This document shows, in pieces, positions 38,037 to 46,179 of a stretch of DNA of 47,214 nucleotides (positions are counted from its first letter, which is position 1; each line of letters starts with the position of its first letter). The notes under the pieces were generated by a model. It did not search any database and was not told the origin of the DNA. It worked only from the letters and a program-made list of their open reading frames with translations. The position numbers were made by a program, and so were the translations under genes. This stretch comes from a bacterium (GTDB taxonomy: Bacteria > Zhuqueibacterota > Zhuqueibacteria > Zhuqueibacterales > Zhuqueibacteraceae), in assembly GCA_044869275.1 (NCBI GenBank), contig JBIOXB010000142.1, positions 1 to 47,214 of the forward strand. The letters run 5' to 3'.

Positions 38037-39593
38037 ATGCAACGAAGAACCTTCCTGCAAACCAGCGGCGCGGCTGCATTGTTCGCTGGTATGGGCGTCA
38101 AATCGGCAGAGACCTACATTCCCGCACACAATTGGGAGAAGCATGACTTCGGCTCCGGTCCGCCAGTGAAGGATCGCCTCTATCAGGGACCTTTTCCACA
38201 ATACGAGCCGGAAGCTTTTCTCCCCGGCAGCGATGTGGTGATGGCCACCACGCCCTCCCAAGACCTCATCTCCAATTTCGGCATGGGATTGACCGTCTAC
38301 ATTTCCGGCGATTACTGGCCGCCGCGCACCCAAAACGATTCCCTGGAAAAGTACTGCGAAGATTTGATCAAAATACCCTTCGCACAAAAAATTTACATTC
38401 GCCTCAACTGGCGCGATATTCAGAAACGTCCGGGCAAGCTGGATTTTCCCGAAGGCTGGAAAATTACATTCGATCTCGCCAAGCGCTACAACAAGCGCGT
38501 CGGTTTTCGTATCATGCTGGAGAATCCCGATTTTCCCGAGCCGGGCATGCCGGAATTTCTCATGACAAAAGTTCCGTATGTGAAGCTGCAAGGCGAGTGG
38601 AAAGGCAATCCGGCGAATCCACGCTATCAGAAAGATCACCACATGCCGCGTTACGATCATCCCGACTATCAAGCCGCTTTTCGCGAGCTCAACGCCATGC
38701 TGGCCGAGGAGTTGAATGGCAATCCGTTGGTGGAGTATATGGATACGATGATGTACGGATTCTGGGGCGAAGGACATACGTGGCCTTTTGCCGGCCATCC
38801 ATTTCCGGACAACGCCGTCGCCGAGCAGACCTGGATTAAGATGTGCGAGACGCAACTGGAGTTTTGGACAAAGACGCCGTTGGTCACCAACACCCAGCCG
38901 GATTGGAGTCAGGTGGGCAATTCGGAAATGTTGGATCGCACCATCCGCACGCACAATTGGATTCGCACCGATACCATTTTCATCGAGAATGAGCAGATCG
39001 AAGCGCTGAGCAACCGGCCGCCTTGGGTCGCGGCCATCAGCGAAGTCGGCATGACTACGGCTGATCCCGAGGCCTTGAGGATGGACGAGGGCGTGACCCG
39101 CACGGAGAACATCATCCATCATGTCATCGACATTGGCGCGAACTATTGGTCGTTGTGGCACTGGCACAACATCGCCGCGAAGCATATCATGGGCTATTAT
39201 GAAAAATATCCGGAGCATATCGATCACATTGCGCGCCGCGTGGGTTATCGTGTCCGTCCTGCTTGGATTTGGCACTTCGAGAAGGAGGGATATCCCGGCT
39301 TGGTGATCGGATTTGTGAACAACGGCATTGCATGTGTGCCCGGTGTGCTGCGTGTCACCGTGTTCAGCGACGAGGGCAGCGTCAACGTGAGTGGCTGTCT
39401 TGATCCCGGCTATCCCATGACGCATGGTGTGCGCCAGGCGATGTTCATGCTGCCGAAGGGCACGGATTGGAAAGGCCTCAAGCTCAAAGCGGAGCTGGAG
39501 GTCAAAGGCACGCGCTATCCGGTGAGATGGGCTTGCCGGCAAAAGACCAATGAAGATGGTTCCTTGACTTTGCGTCCCACACAGGGGATTTAG
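38037..39593 (+). CDS. Tat-exported putative glycoside hydrolase-like protein (DUF4832/GH42-like barrel)
   Basis: MQRRTFLQ Tat motif; YIRLNWRDIQ..PG.LDF, GFWGEGH, RVGYR; GAGG RBS. Confidence 0.65.
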   Translation: MQRRTFLQTSGAAALFAGMGVKSAETYIPAHNWEKHDFGSGPPVKDRLYQGPFPQYEPEAFLPGSDVVMATTPSQDLISNFGMGLTVYISGDYWPPRTQNDSLEKYCEDLIKIPFAQKIYIRLNWRDIQKRPGKLDFPEGWKITFDLAKRYNKRVGFRIMLENPDFPEPGMPEFLMTKVPYVKLQGEWKGNPANPRYQKDHHMPRYDHPDYQAAFRELNAMLAEELNGNPLVEYMDTMMYGFWGEGHTWPFAGHPFPDNAVAEQTWIKMCETQLEFWTKTPLVTNTQPDWSQVGNSEMLDRTIRTHNWIRTDTIFIENEQIEALSNRPPWVAAISEVGMTTADPEALRMDEGVTRTENIIHHVIDIGANYWSLWHWHNIAAKHIMGYYEKYPEHIDHIARRVGYRVRPAWIWHFEKEGYPGLVIGFVNNGIACVPGVLRVTVFSDEGSVNVSGCLDPGYPMTHGVRQAMFMLPKGTDWKGLKLKAELEVKGTRYPVRWACRQKTNEDGSLTLRPTQGI

Positions 39594-39639
39594 CAGGATG
39601 CTGGAATAGGCACTTAGCCATTCAAACAAAGGCAAGACA

Positions 39640-39815
39640 AAGTCGCAAGAGATCGTCAGGAAAATCTCTGCGTAATCTCTGCGTATTCTTTGCGTGAGAA
39701 CTAAAATCCTCTTTGCCCGGCCAAGGAAATAATCACGCAGAGCATCGCAAAGGATCGCAAAGAAAAGCCCTGCTTGAACTTTACTTCTCGGTCTCGCCCT
39801 TACGGGTTTGCGCTT
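39640..39815. repeat. Degenerate CGCAAAG/CTTTGCG palindromic repeats
   Basis: TCTCTGCGTAATCTCTGCGTATTCTTTGCGTGA and TCACGCAGAGCATCGCAAAGGATCGCAAAG; same family as 7405-7484. Confidence 0.6.
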
Positions 39816-39929
39816 TTTCTTTATTGAGCTTACGGAAAAATCGTGGTCTTCGCAGGTGTAACTTCCAAAAGAGTTTTTTGGGCAACCTGTTGGAGCAGTG
39901 CTCAGAATGATTTTCCTGTGGCCGACACA

Positions 39930-40652
39930 ATGTCCCGACCAACATTTAACATTGCACTGCTTTTCATTTCATATTTGCTCATGTCATTTTCTGCCGAAGA
40001 TGAGCCAACCACGCTCAAGATTTCCAAAAGCTCAGATTTTGGGATTACGGGTGATGGTCGCGCCGCGAATTGGACGGGGACCAAATGGGTGACGCTACCA
40101 CAACGGAAATCGCCGGGCGTGCCATTGTCCACACAAGTCAAGGTGCTTTATTCAGAGACCGGCATTTATTTTCTCTTCAAATGTGAAGATCGGAAAATGA
40201 CTGCAACGATGACCGAGGATTTTCTCGATCTGTGGAATGAAGACGTCGTCGAGGTCTTCTTGTGGACCGATGAAAATTTTCCAGCCTATTTCGAGTATGA
40301 GCTTTCGCCGCTCAATTGTGAATTGCCGATCCTGGTTCCGAATAACAAGGGTAATTATTGGGGTTGGCGCCCTTGGCATTACGAAGGCGAGCGCCACATT
40401 CGCCACGCCACGAGCGCGCAAGGCGGGGACAAGAAAAGCGGCGCAAGCATTACGAGCTGGACTGCGGAATTCTTCATTCCCTACGCGCTTTTGAAGCCAC
40501 TCGGTCAGGTCCCGCCGCAATCCGGAACGAAGTGGCGCGTGAACATGTATCGCTGCGATTATGACGATGACAAGGCTGCCACGTGGTCGTGGCAACCAAC
40601 CGAAGTAAATTTTCACGAATACAAGAAATTCGGGACATTCCTATTCGAGTGA
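39930..40652 (+). CDS. Stand-alone CBM9-like sugar-binding domain protein, exported
   Basis: ITGDG...W, LY....IYF.F.CED, LWNEDVVEVF, YFEYELSP, WTAEFFIP, WRVNMYRCD. Confidence 0.8.
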   Translation: MSRPTFNIALLFISYLLMSFSAEDEPTTLKISKSSDFGITGDGRAANWTGTKWVTLPQRKSPGVPLSTQVKVLYSETGIYFLFKCEDRKMTATMTEDFLDLWNEDVVEVFLWTDENFPAYFEYELSPLNCELPILVPNNKGNYWGWRPWHYEGERHIRHATSAQGGDKKSGASITSWTAEFFIPYALLKPLGQVPPQSGTKWRVNMYRCDYDDDKAATWSWQPTEVNFHEYKKFGTFLFE

Positions 40653-40657
40653 ATTCT

Positions 40658-42454
40658 ATGACTTTTTTGGCAAACAAATTCAAAATCCAAAACCCTAAAT
40701 TCAAAATCACTTTTGGATTTTGCGCTTTGAATTTTGGGTTTCCAACTTGTCCGGGTATGCTTTTTCTAGTCGCTCTTTTTCTCTGTGAAGATGCGCAACC
40801 ACAAGCGCTTAGCACGCGTGCGTCAAGCAAAAATGGTGTTGTCGCTGCCGGCAAGCCGGAAGCCGTTACCGCAGGAGCTGCCCTTCTTGAAAACGGCGGC
40901 AATGCCATCGATGCTGCGGTCGCATCATTATTGGTTCTGAGCATCAAACACATCGGCGCATTCTGCATTGGTGGCGAAGTGCCCATGCTGATTTACGATG
41001 CCAAGAGGAAAGAAGTGAAAGTGCTATGCGGACAGGGCGCTGCACCGCTTGATGCGAACGCGATTGCGTGGTATTACAAAAACGGCATTCCTGGTGATGA
41101 CATTCGAGCCGCGGCCGTTCCCGCCGTCATCGATCTTTGCGTCACCGCATTGCAAAGATACGGCACCAAATCTTTCGAACAAGTGGCCAGCCCTGCGCTC
41201 GCACTGCTCGATGCCGGTGGCCCCAACTGGTATCGCGATACCGGTAGCGGCGATACCCTTGACGGCCTCAGTGGCAAGAGAATCGACGCCAATTTGTTGC
41301 ATGCGGACTATGGCGAAAGAAGCTGGTATGCCGATCTTGCCGGAACGTTTCACAAGCTCGTCGAGGCCGAGCGCAATACCACCGGTACGCGCGAGACCAA
41401 GCTGCAGGCAGTTTCGGATCGCTTTTATCGCGGCGATATCGCAGACGAATTGGTTGCGTGGTACATCGAAAGAGGAGGGTTCTTGCGCAAACGCGATCTT
41501 GCCGAACACCTCACGCGCGTTGAAGATCCAGTGGTGGTCGATTATCGTGGCTACAAAATGTACAAATGTGATACCTGGACGCAAGGGCCTTATCTCTCTC
41601 AAGCTTTGCGTCTGCTGGAAGGATTTGATCTCAAGCGCATGGGTTTTCTCTCCGCGGATTACGTGCACGTTGTGATCGAAGCCATGAAATTGGCGCTGGC
41701 CGATCGCGATGAATATTATGGCGATCCATTGTTCGCAGCGGTCCCCTTGCCGGCCTTGCTTTCGGAGGAATACACCGTGCTACGCCGGCAACTGATCGAC
41801 ATGAAACAGGCCTCGCGTGAGCTGCGTCCCGGTGACCCGTATCACATGCGCGCCCGGCTTGAAGGAAAAGCGCGAACTTTCCCCAATGCCGGCGGGACGA
41901 CGACGTGCGTTGTCGCTGATCGCTGGGGCAATGTGGTGGCGGCAACGCCCAGCGGCTTGAGCAGCACCGAAGGATCAGGCGGAAGGACCGGCGTCACGCA
42001 TGGCACCCGTCTTGTCATTTTCAACACGTGGCGAGATCATCCCAATCGCATCGAGCCGGGCAAGCGACCACGCACGACGTTGACGCCAACTCTGGTTTTG
42101 AAAAACGGCAAACCAGTGCTCGCGATCAGCGTGGCCGGCGGCGACATGCAAGATCAAGCTGCCCTGCAGCTCATTCTCGATTATGTCGATTTCAACATGG
42201 GCCTCGACGAGGCCATGGCCGCGCCGCGATTTTCAACAGAACATTTTATCGGGTCGTTTGGCCAGGACCCGCCGAAGCTGGGCAGCCTCAGCCTGCACCA
42301 GCGTATCGGCGATCAGGTCATGAAAGAATTGGCGAGCCGTGGGCACGAGGTGAAGACGACGCCTCACAATATCGGCGGCGTGGCCATGTTGAGTATTGAT
42401 TTAACAACGGGCTTGGTGCGGGGCGCAGGCGCTGCTGCGGCAGGAGTTGAATAA
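40658..42454 (+). CDS. ggt: Gamma-glutamyltransferase-family Ntn hydrolase, exported
   Basis: GGNAIDAAVA, FYRGDIA, EAMKLALADR..YYGDP, TTCVVADRWGN (Thr nucleophile), PGKRP; start uncertain (40649, 40658 or 40757). Confidence 0.88.
   Translation: MTFLANKFKIQNPKFKITFGFCALNFGFPTCPGMLFLVALFLCEDAQPQALSTRASSKNGVVAAGKPEAVTAGAALLENGGNAIDAAVASLLVLSIKHIGAFCIGGEVPMLIYDAKRKEVKVLCGQGAAPLDANAIAWYYKNGIPGDDIRAAAVPAVIDLCVTALQRYGTKSFEQVASPALALLDAGGPNWYRDTGSGDTLDGLSGKRIDANLLHADYGERSWYADLAGTFHKLVEAERNTTGTRETKLQAVSDRFYRGDIADELVAWYIERGGFLRKRDLAEHLTRVEDPVVVDYRGYKMYKCDTWTQGPYLSQALRLLEGFDLKRMGFLSADYVHVVIEAMKLALADRDEYYGDPLFAAVPLPALLSEEYTVLRRQLIDMKQASRELRPGDPYHMRARLEGKARTFPNAGGTTTCVVADRWGNVVAATPSGLSSTEGSGGRTGVTHGTRLVIFNTWRDHPNRIEPGKRPRTTLTPTLVLKNGKPVLAISVAGGDMQDQAALQLILDYVDFNMGLDEAMAAPRFSTEHFIGSFGQDPPKLGSLSLHQRIGDQVMKELASRGHEVKTTPHNIGGVAMLSIDLTTGLVRGAGAAAAGVE
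40664..40740. repeat. Heptamer-based inverted repeat, second copy
   Basis: AAATTCAAAATCCAAAACCCTAAATTCAAAATC...TTTGGATTTTGCGCTTTGAATTTTGGG. Confidence 0.7.
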
Positions 42455-42496
42455 TACTAGGACGTTAAGTTCAAAATTCGCCCGAAAACTCAGCCC

Positions 42497-42707
42497 TGTC
42501 ATTCAGGAGGAAACTTTTTACGCGCCGGCACCAAAGCCTATTTTGAAGCTGTGCCAAGCGCTCAAAAAGTTTCAGACTGTGTGAAAACGTTTGGCTTCAA
42601 CGCCGGCTGAGCTTGTCGAAGCCGGATTCTTGAACGTAGCACCCTTCGACAAGCTCAGGGTGCGGCATTCTCAAGTTTTCACACAGTCTGATTCCTCCTG
42701 AATGACA
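42497..42707. repeat. GTCATTC-type palindromic element interrupted by a MITE
   Basis: Left arm TGTCATTCAGGAGGAAACTTTTT; right arm AAAAAGTTT|insert|(ATT)CCTCCTGAATGACA. Confidence 0.8.
42573..42690. mobile_element. MITE (118 bp), inverted relative to 34107-34270
   Basis: Perfect 16-bp TIR CAGACTGTGTGAAAAC/GTTTTCACACAGTCTG; right about 50 bp is the reverse complement of the left end of the first copy. Confidence 0.85.
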
Positions 42708-42827
42708 AAATGGGGGGCTGGCCGACTTAACGTTGTAGTCCTAATATGCTGTCACTTCCGTTTTGTACTCCCGCCCCCTTGTGGGGCATTATTGCAACAG
42801 GGAATTTATGGTTGCGAAAGGACAACT

Positions 42828-43691
42828 GTGAACAAGCAGGTGGACCTTTGGCGGTTGATAGTTTGGGTGGCGTTGGCCTCTGGCGCTTTTGCCCAGCAAC
42901 CCAAAAGTGAGAATCAACCGCCTCGCCGAATTCTCGATGAAATTCGATCCCACCATTCCGGAATTGCCGTCTGGTGGACGGGACACAACGGCTGGCTGAT
43001 CAAAGCCGATGACGTATTGATCGGAACCGATTTGTGCCTTGAGCAAGAAGACCGCCAGGTCCCGGCACCCATCTCTGCGGCAGAACTGGCAAGCGAGATT
43101 GATATTTCCTTAGTTACACACGAGCACGGAGACCATTTCGAGCGCGAGACCTCAAAAATTTTGGCTCAGAACTCGACTTGCATGTTCGTGCTTCCCCGGA
43201 ATTGTTTTGAAATCGCACGGCGGGAAGTGGGCATACCTGAGAATCGCATCAAGGTTGCCATACCCAAACAGGCATTTGCGCTCAACGGCGTGGAGGTGAA
43301 ACCATTGCGCGCCATTCATGGCAATCCCAAGTTTGCGGTGTTTGAAGAAGCCAACCTCGAAGATTGCGGCTATTTGATTACGCTCGGCGGGAAAAGTTTC
43401 TTGCAGCCTGGCGATACGGTGTTGTTGGAGGATCATCTCTTTCTCAAACACGTTGACGTGCTTTTCTTCTCGCCGACAGAGCACAACATGTACATCGATC
43501 GCTCCGTTATTCTCATCAACGAATTGGAGCCGGAATTTATCTTTCCCCAGCATCGCAATACATTCAAAGTCACGCCTGAGAATCGCTATTGGACGACCGC
43601 GTACCCCTATGAAGTGAAATTGCTGCTTGCGAAGCCGCTACAACAGCGGTATCACATTTTGGAAATGGGGGAGAGAATAACCATTCGCTAA
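42828..43691 (+). CDS. Exported MBL-fold metallo-hydrolase (UlaG-like)
   Basis: WWTGHNGWLI, VTHEHGDHF, PGDT, PQH motifs; signal peptide after GTG 42828 with AAGGA RBS. Confidence 0.85.
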   Translation: MNKQVDLWRLIVWVALASGAFAQQPKSENQPPRRILDEIRSHHSGIAVWWTGHNGWLIKADDVLIGTDLCLEQEDRQVPAPISAAELASEIDISLVTHEHGDHFERETSKILAQNSTCMFVLPRNCFEIARREVGIPENRIKVAIPKQAFALNGVEVKPLRAIHGNPKFAVFEEANLEDCGYLITLGGKSFLQPGDTVLLEDHLFLKHVDVLFFSPTEHNMYIDRSVILINELEPEFIFPQHRNTFKVTPENRYWTTAYPYEVKLLLAKPLQQRYHILEMGERITIR

Positions 43692-43742
43692 CGCCGTTCA
43701 TATTCGTCGCTGAAGATCGGTGAACGGATTTGGATGCCAAAA

Positions 43743-43956
43743 GCCCCGAAGGGGCGAGATGCAAAAGCTTGGGGCAACGCCCCAAGATAAGAGGCAGGCA
43801 CAATGATTGAGCCCCAACGGGGCGAAATGGACAGGTTTGGGATCGTCAATTGGTTTCATCATACCTTGTTTCGCCCTTACAGGGCTAAACAAACTTCGTG
43901 ATTCGCGTTTACCCAGGGCGTTGCCCTGGGCTTGGCTTATTTTGCCCCTTCGGGGC
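43743..43956. repeat. Composite 3+3 hairpin inverted element (REP/IS200-IS605-end-like)
   Basis: GCCCCGAAGGGGC, CTTGGGGCAACGCCCCAAG, GCCCCAACGGGGC mirrored by GCCCTTACAGGGC, CCCAGGGCGTTGCCCTGGG, GCCCCTTCGGGGC. Confidence 0.8.
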
Positions 43957-44072
43957 ATGTGATCCATTGCTTCGCTTGCGTTAGGTTGACGCCTATGTGC
44001 TTTCGCGGGCTTGACATCCAAAAGAGTTTTTTCAGTATCCTGCTGAGAACTCAAAACCTGGAGAAACCCTCC

Positions 44073-46091
44073 ATGAAAAAGCGTTCAAACCGAATCGGAC
44101 TTGCGCTAGCGCCAATGTTGCTGCTGGCTTGCATCACGCACACAACAGCGCAACCACAGCCACAGCAGAACTGGACGCACTTCGTGCGCATTGCCGGGCA
44201 CGGGCTGAACCTCAACAACGTCGACAACATCATCAAAAGCGCGACGGAAACGCACGTCTTTGGCATCGAAACAGACAACGATATTCCGGGCCGCTATGAG
44301 AGCTTTCTTGAGCCGACTGAAAAGCTCAAAGCCATCAAGGCGGTCGCGGATAAGGCTCACCAAGTTGGCAACTATGCGTTTGTCTATATTGCCGGGCTCG
44401 AATGCATCACCGCGAATGCTGACAAGACCGCGCACACCTTCTTCAAAGATCACCCGGACTGGCTGCAGCGCAAGATCACCGGCGAGCCAGCGATCTTCGG
44501 CGGCGGCACGGCTTTCTGGATTGACGAAGGCGACGAGGATGTGTGGATCAGCCCGTATGCGCAAGAATGGCGCAAAATTTATATGGAACGGGTGCGCCAA
44601 ATTGCCGCCACCGGTATTGATGGCGTGTACGTGGACATCCCATACTGGATGACGCATTTTGAGGGATGGGAAGATTCTTGGTCGAGTTTCGATGACTACA
44701 CGGCCGCGGCCTTCAAAGAAAAGACCGGCTTGAATGCCAAAACCGATGTGAAGAGGGGAGACTTCAGCGATTCCAACTTTCGGAAATGGGTGGACTTTCG
44801 CATCGCAACCCTAACGGCCTTCATGAAGGAGATCGATGACAATGTCAAGGCCGCAAATCCCAAGTGCATGACGATCGCCGAGATTTATCCCGGCATTGAA
44901 GAAAGCGCCGTGCGCGTTGGTGCGGATGTCTATGATATGTATCCCGTCGTCGATGTCATTGCGCATGAATACGACGGCAGCGGTGAGCATGCGGCCTCGA
45001 AACACCCTCTGCATTGGTTCTCATACCTGAGCGGCATGTATTCATTCCGCGCTTTCGCTGGGGACAAGGCATCATGGATGTTGACCTACTCCTGGGATGG
45101 CGAGGGAAAAATCAAGCCGGCGGAGGCGATGAAGAACCTGGCGCTGGCCAACGTCATGGCCGGAACCAATTGCTGGGATGCGCGCGGCCACGTGATGTCG
45201 GGATCGAACGACATGGCCACGCGCAAAGAGATTTTCAAGTGGATCGGCGCACACGAAAAGACCCTTTATGCACCGCGCCAGCCCATCAACCCCATCGGCG
45301 TGTACTTCTCGCCGCAAACGCGCAATTACTTTGCGGATGAATTCATGGCGGCCTACAAAGGCATCATCTATTTGTTGCTGCAGGGGCATCTTGAATTTCA
45401 AATCGTCACGCCGAGAAGCCGTCAAAGCTTTGCCGGCGAAATTCTGATATTGCCCGACGCCAAGTGCCTGAGCAATGAGGAATTGAACTTCTTCGTGCAA
45501 TTTGCACGATCAAGCAAGACGCTGATCGTTACTGGCGAGACCGGAAAATATGACGGCAGCGGCCAGATGCTTTCAACCAATCCTCTACACGAACGGCTCG
45601 GTATTCTGGATGCAGCGCAGCCTAAGCATTCCAACGCCGGTATGGGATTCAGTTTTTATCCCAATTGCCCGGGCAAGGCATACTACGAGGAATTGGATAG
45701 AACCTTCAACGAACAGGCTCTGCAGGACGAGTATCGCGATGCCTCATTTTATCGCCAGCTGACCAGTTTCGTAAACGAGTTGTCTGACAAGCTTGGCCAC
45801 CGCCCTGTTGTCGAAATCAAAGCCTCGCCCTTTGTCTCCACCCAAATTGCGCAGGTGAATGGCAAGCCGCATGTTTTCATCGCCAATTTCAGCGGGCTGA
45901 AAGGCAAAGAGAACGCGGTGCAGAGTCCCGAGAAGGACGTCACTATCATTTTTTCAGAGAAACCAAATGTCAAGGTCTACGCTTTGCCATTTTTGGGAGA
46001 AATTCAAGAAGTGCCAAGCGAATCGCGCGACGGCAAGCTGACTTGCGTGATTCCAGAAATCAACAAAGGCGTAGTGGTATGGTGCGAGTGA
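44073..46091 (+). CDS. Exported putative glycoside hydrolase-like protein (TIM barrel + GH42-like trimerisation domain)
   Basis: GGAG RBS, signal peptide; DHPDWLQ, SPY, GIDGVYVD, W.DFR; IGVYFS and ILILPDAKCLS in C-terminal part. Confidence 0.6.
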   Translation: MKKRSNRIGLALAPMLLLACITHTTAQPQPQQNWTHFVRIAGHGLNLNNVDNIIKSATETHVFGIETDNDIPGRYESFLEPTEKLKAIKAVADKAHQVGNYAFVYIAGLECITANADKTAHTFFKDHPDWLQRKITGEPAIFGGGTAFWIDEGDEDVWISPYAQEWRKIYMERVRQIAATGIDGVYVDIPYWMTHFEGWEDSWSSFDDYTAAAFKEKTGLNAKTDVKRGDFSDSNFRKWVDFRIATLTAFMKEIDDNVKAANPKCMTIAEIYPGIEESAVRVGADVYDMYPVVDVIAHEYDGSGEHAASKHPLHWFSYLSGMYSFRAFAGDKASWMLTYSWDGEGKIKPAEAMKNLALANVMAGTNCWDARGHVMSGSNDMATRKEIFKWIGAHEKTLYAPRQPINPIGVYFSPQTRNYFADEFMAAYKGIIYLLLQGHLEFQIVTPRSRQSFAGEILILPDAKCLSNEELNFFVQFARSSKTLIVTGETGKYDGSGQMLSTNPLHERLGILDAAQPKHSNAGMGFSFYPNCPGKAYYEELDRTFNEQALQDEYRDASFYRQLTSFVNELSDKLGHRPVVEIKASPFVSTQIAQVNGKPHVFIANFSGLKGKENAVQSPEKDVTIIFSEKPNVKVYALPFLGEIQEVPSESRDGKLTCVIPEINKGVVVWCE

Positions 46092-46104
46092 AGCGTTTGT
46101 GTAT

Positions 46105-46154
46105 GTAGTAGTGCCTTTAGGCGCTCAACGCCCAGCGCCTGAAGGCGCTACCAC
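46105..46154. repeat. GTAG-type REP doublet (REPIN-like)
   Basis: GTAGTAGTGCCTTTAGGCGCT...AGCGCCTGAAGGCGCTACCAC. Confidence 0.75.
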
Positions 46155-46179
46155 GAGCCTCATGTATGGATATTTTACA

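Noticed and set aside
37929..39635. 568-aa minus-strand ORF
   Set aside because: Antisense to the Tat-signal gene, which has the RBS and motifs
44011..44041. Internal promoter TTGACA...TATCCT
   Set aside because: 19-bp spacer is atypical; possible but unsupported
43698..44054. 118-aa minus-strand ORF and the 43932 upstream extension of the next gene
   Set aside because: Both run through the hairpin repeat; the RBS supports ATG 44073
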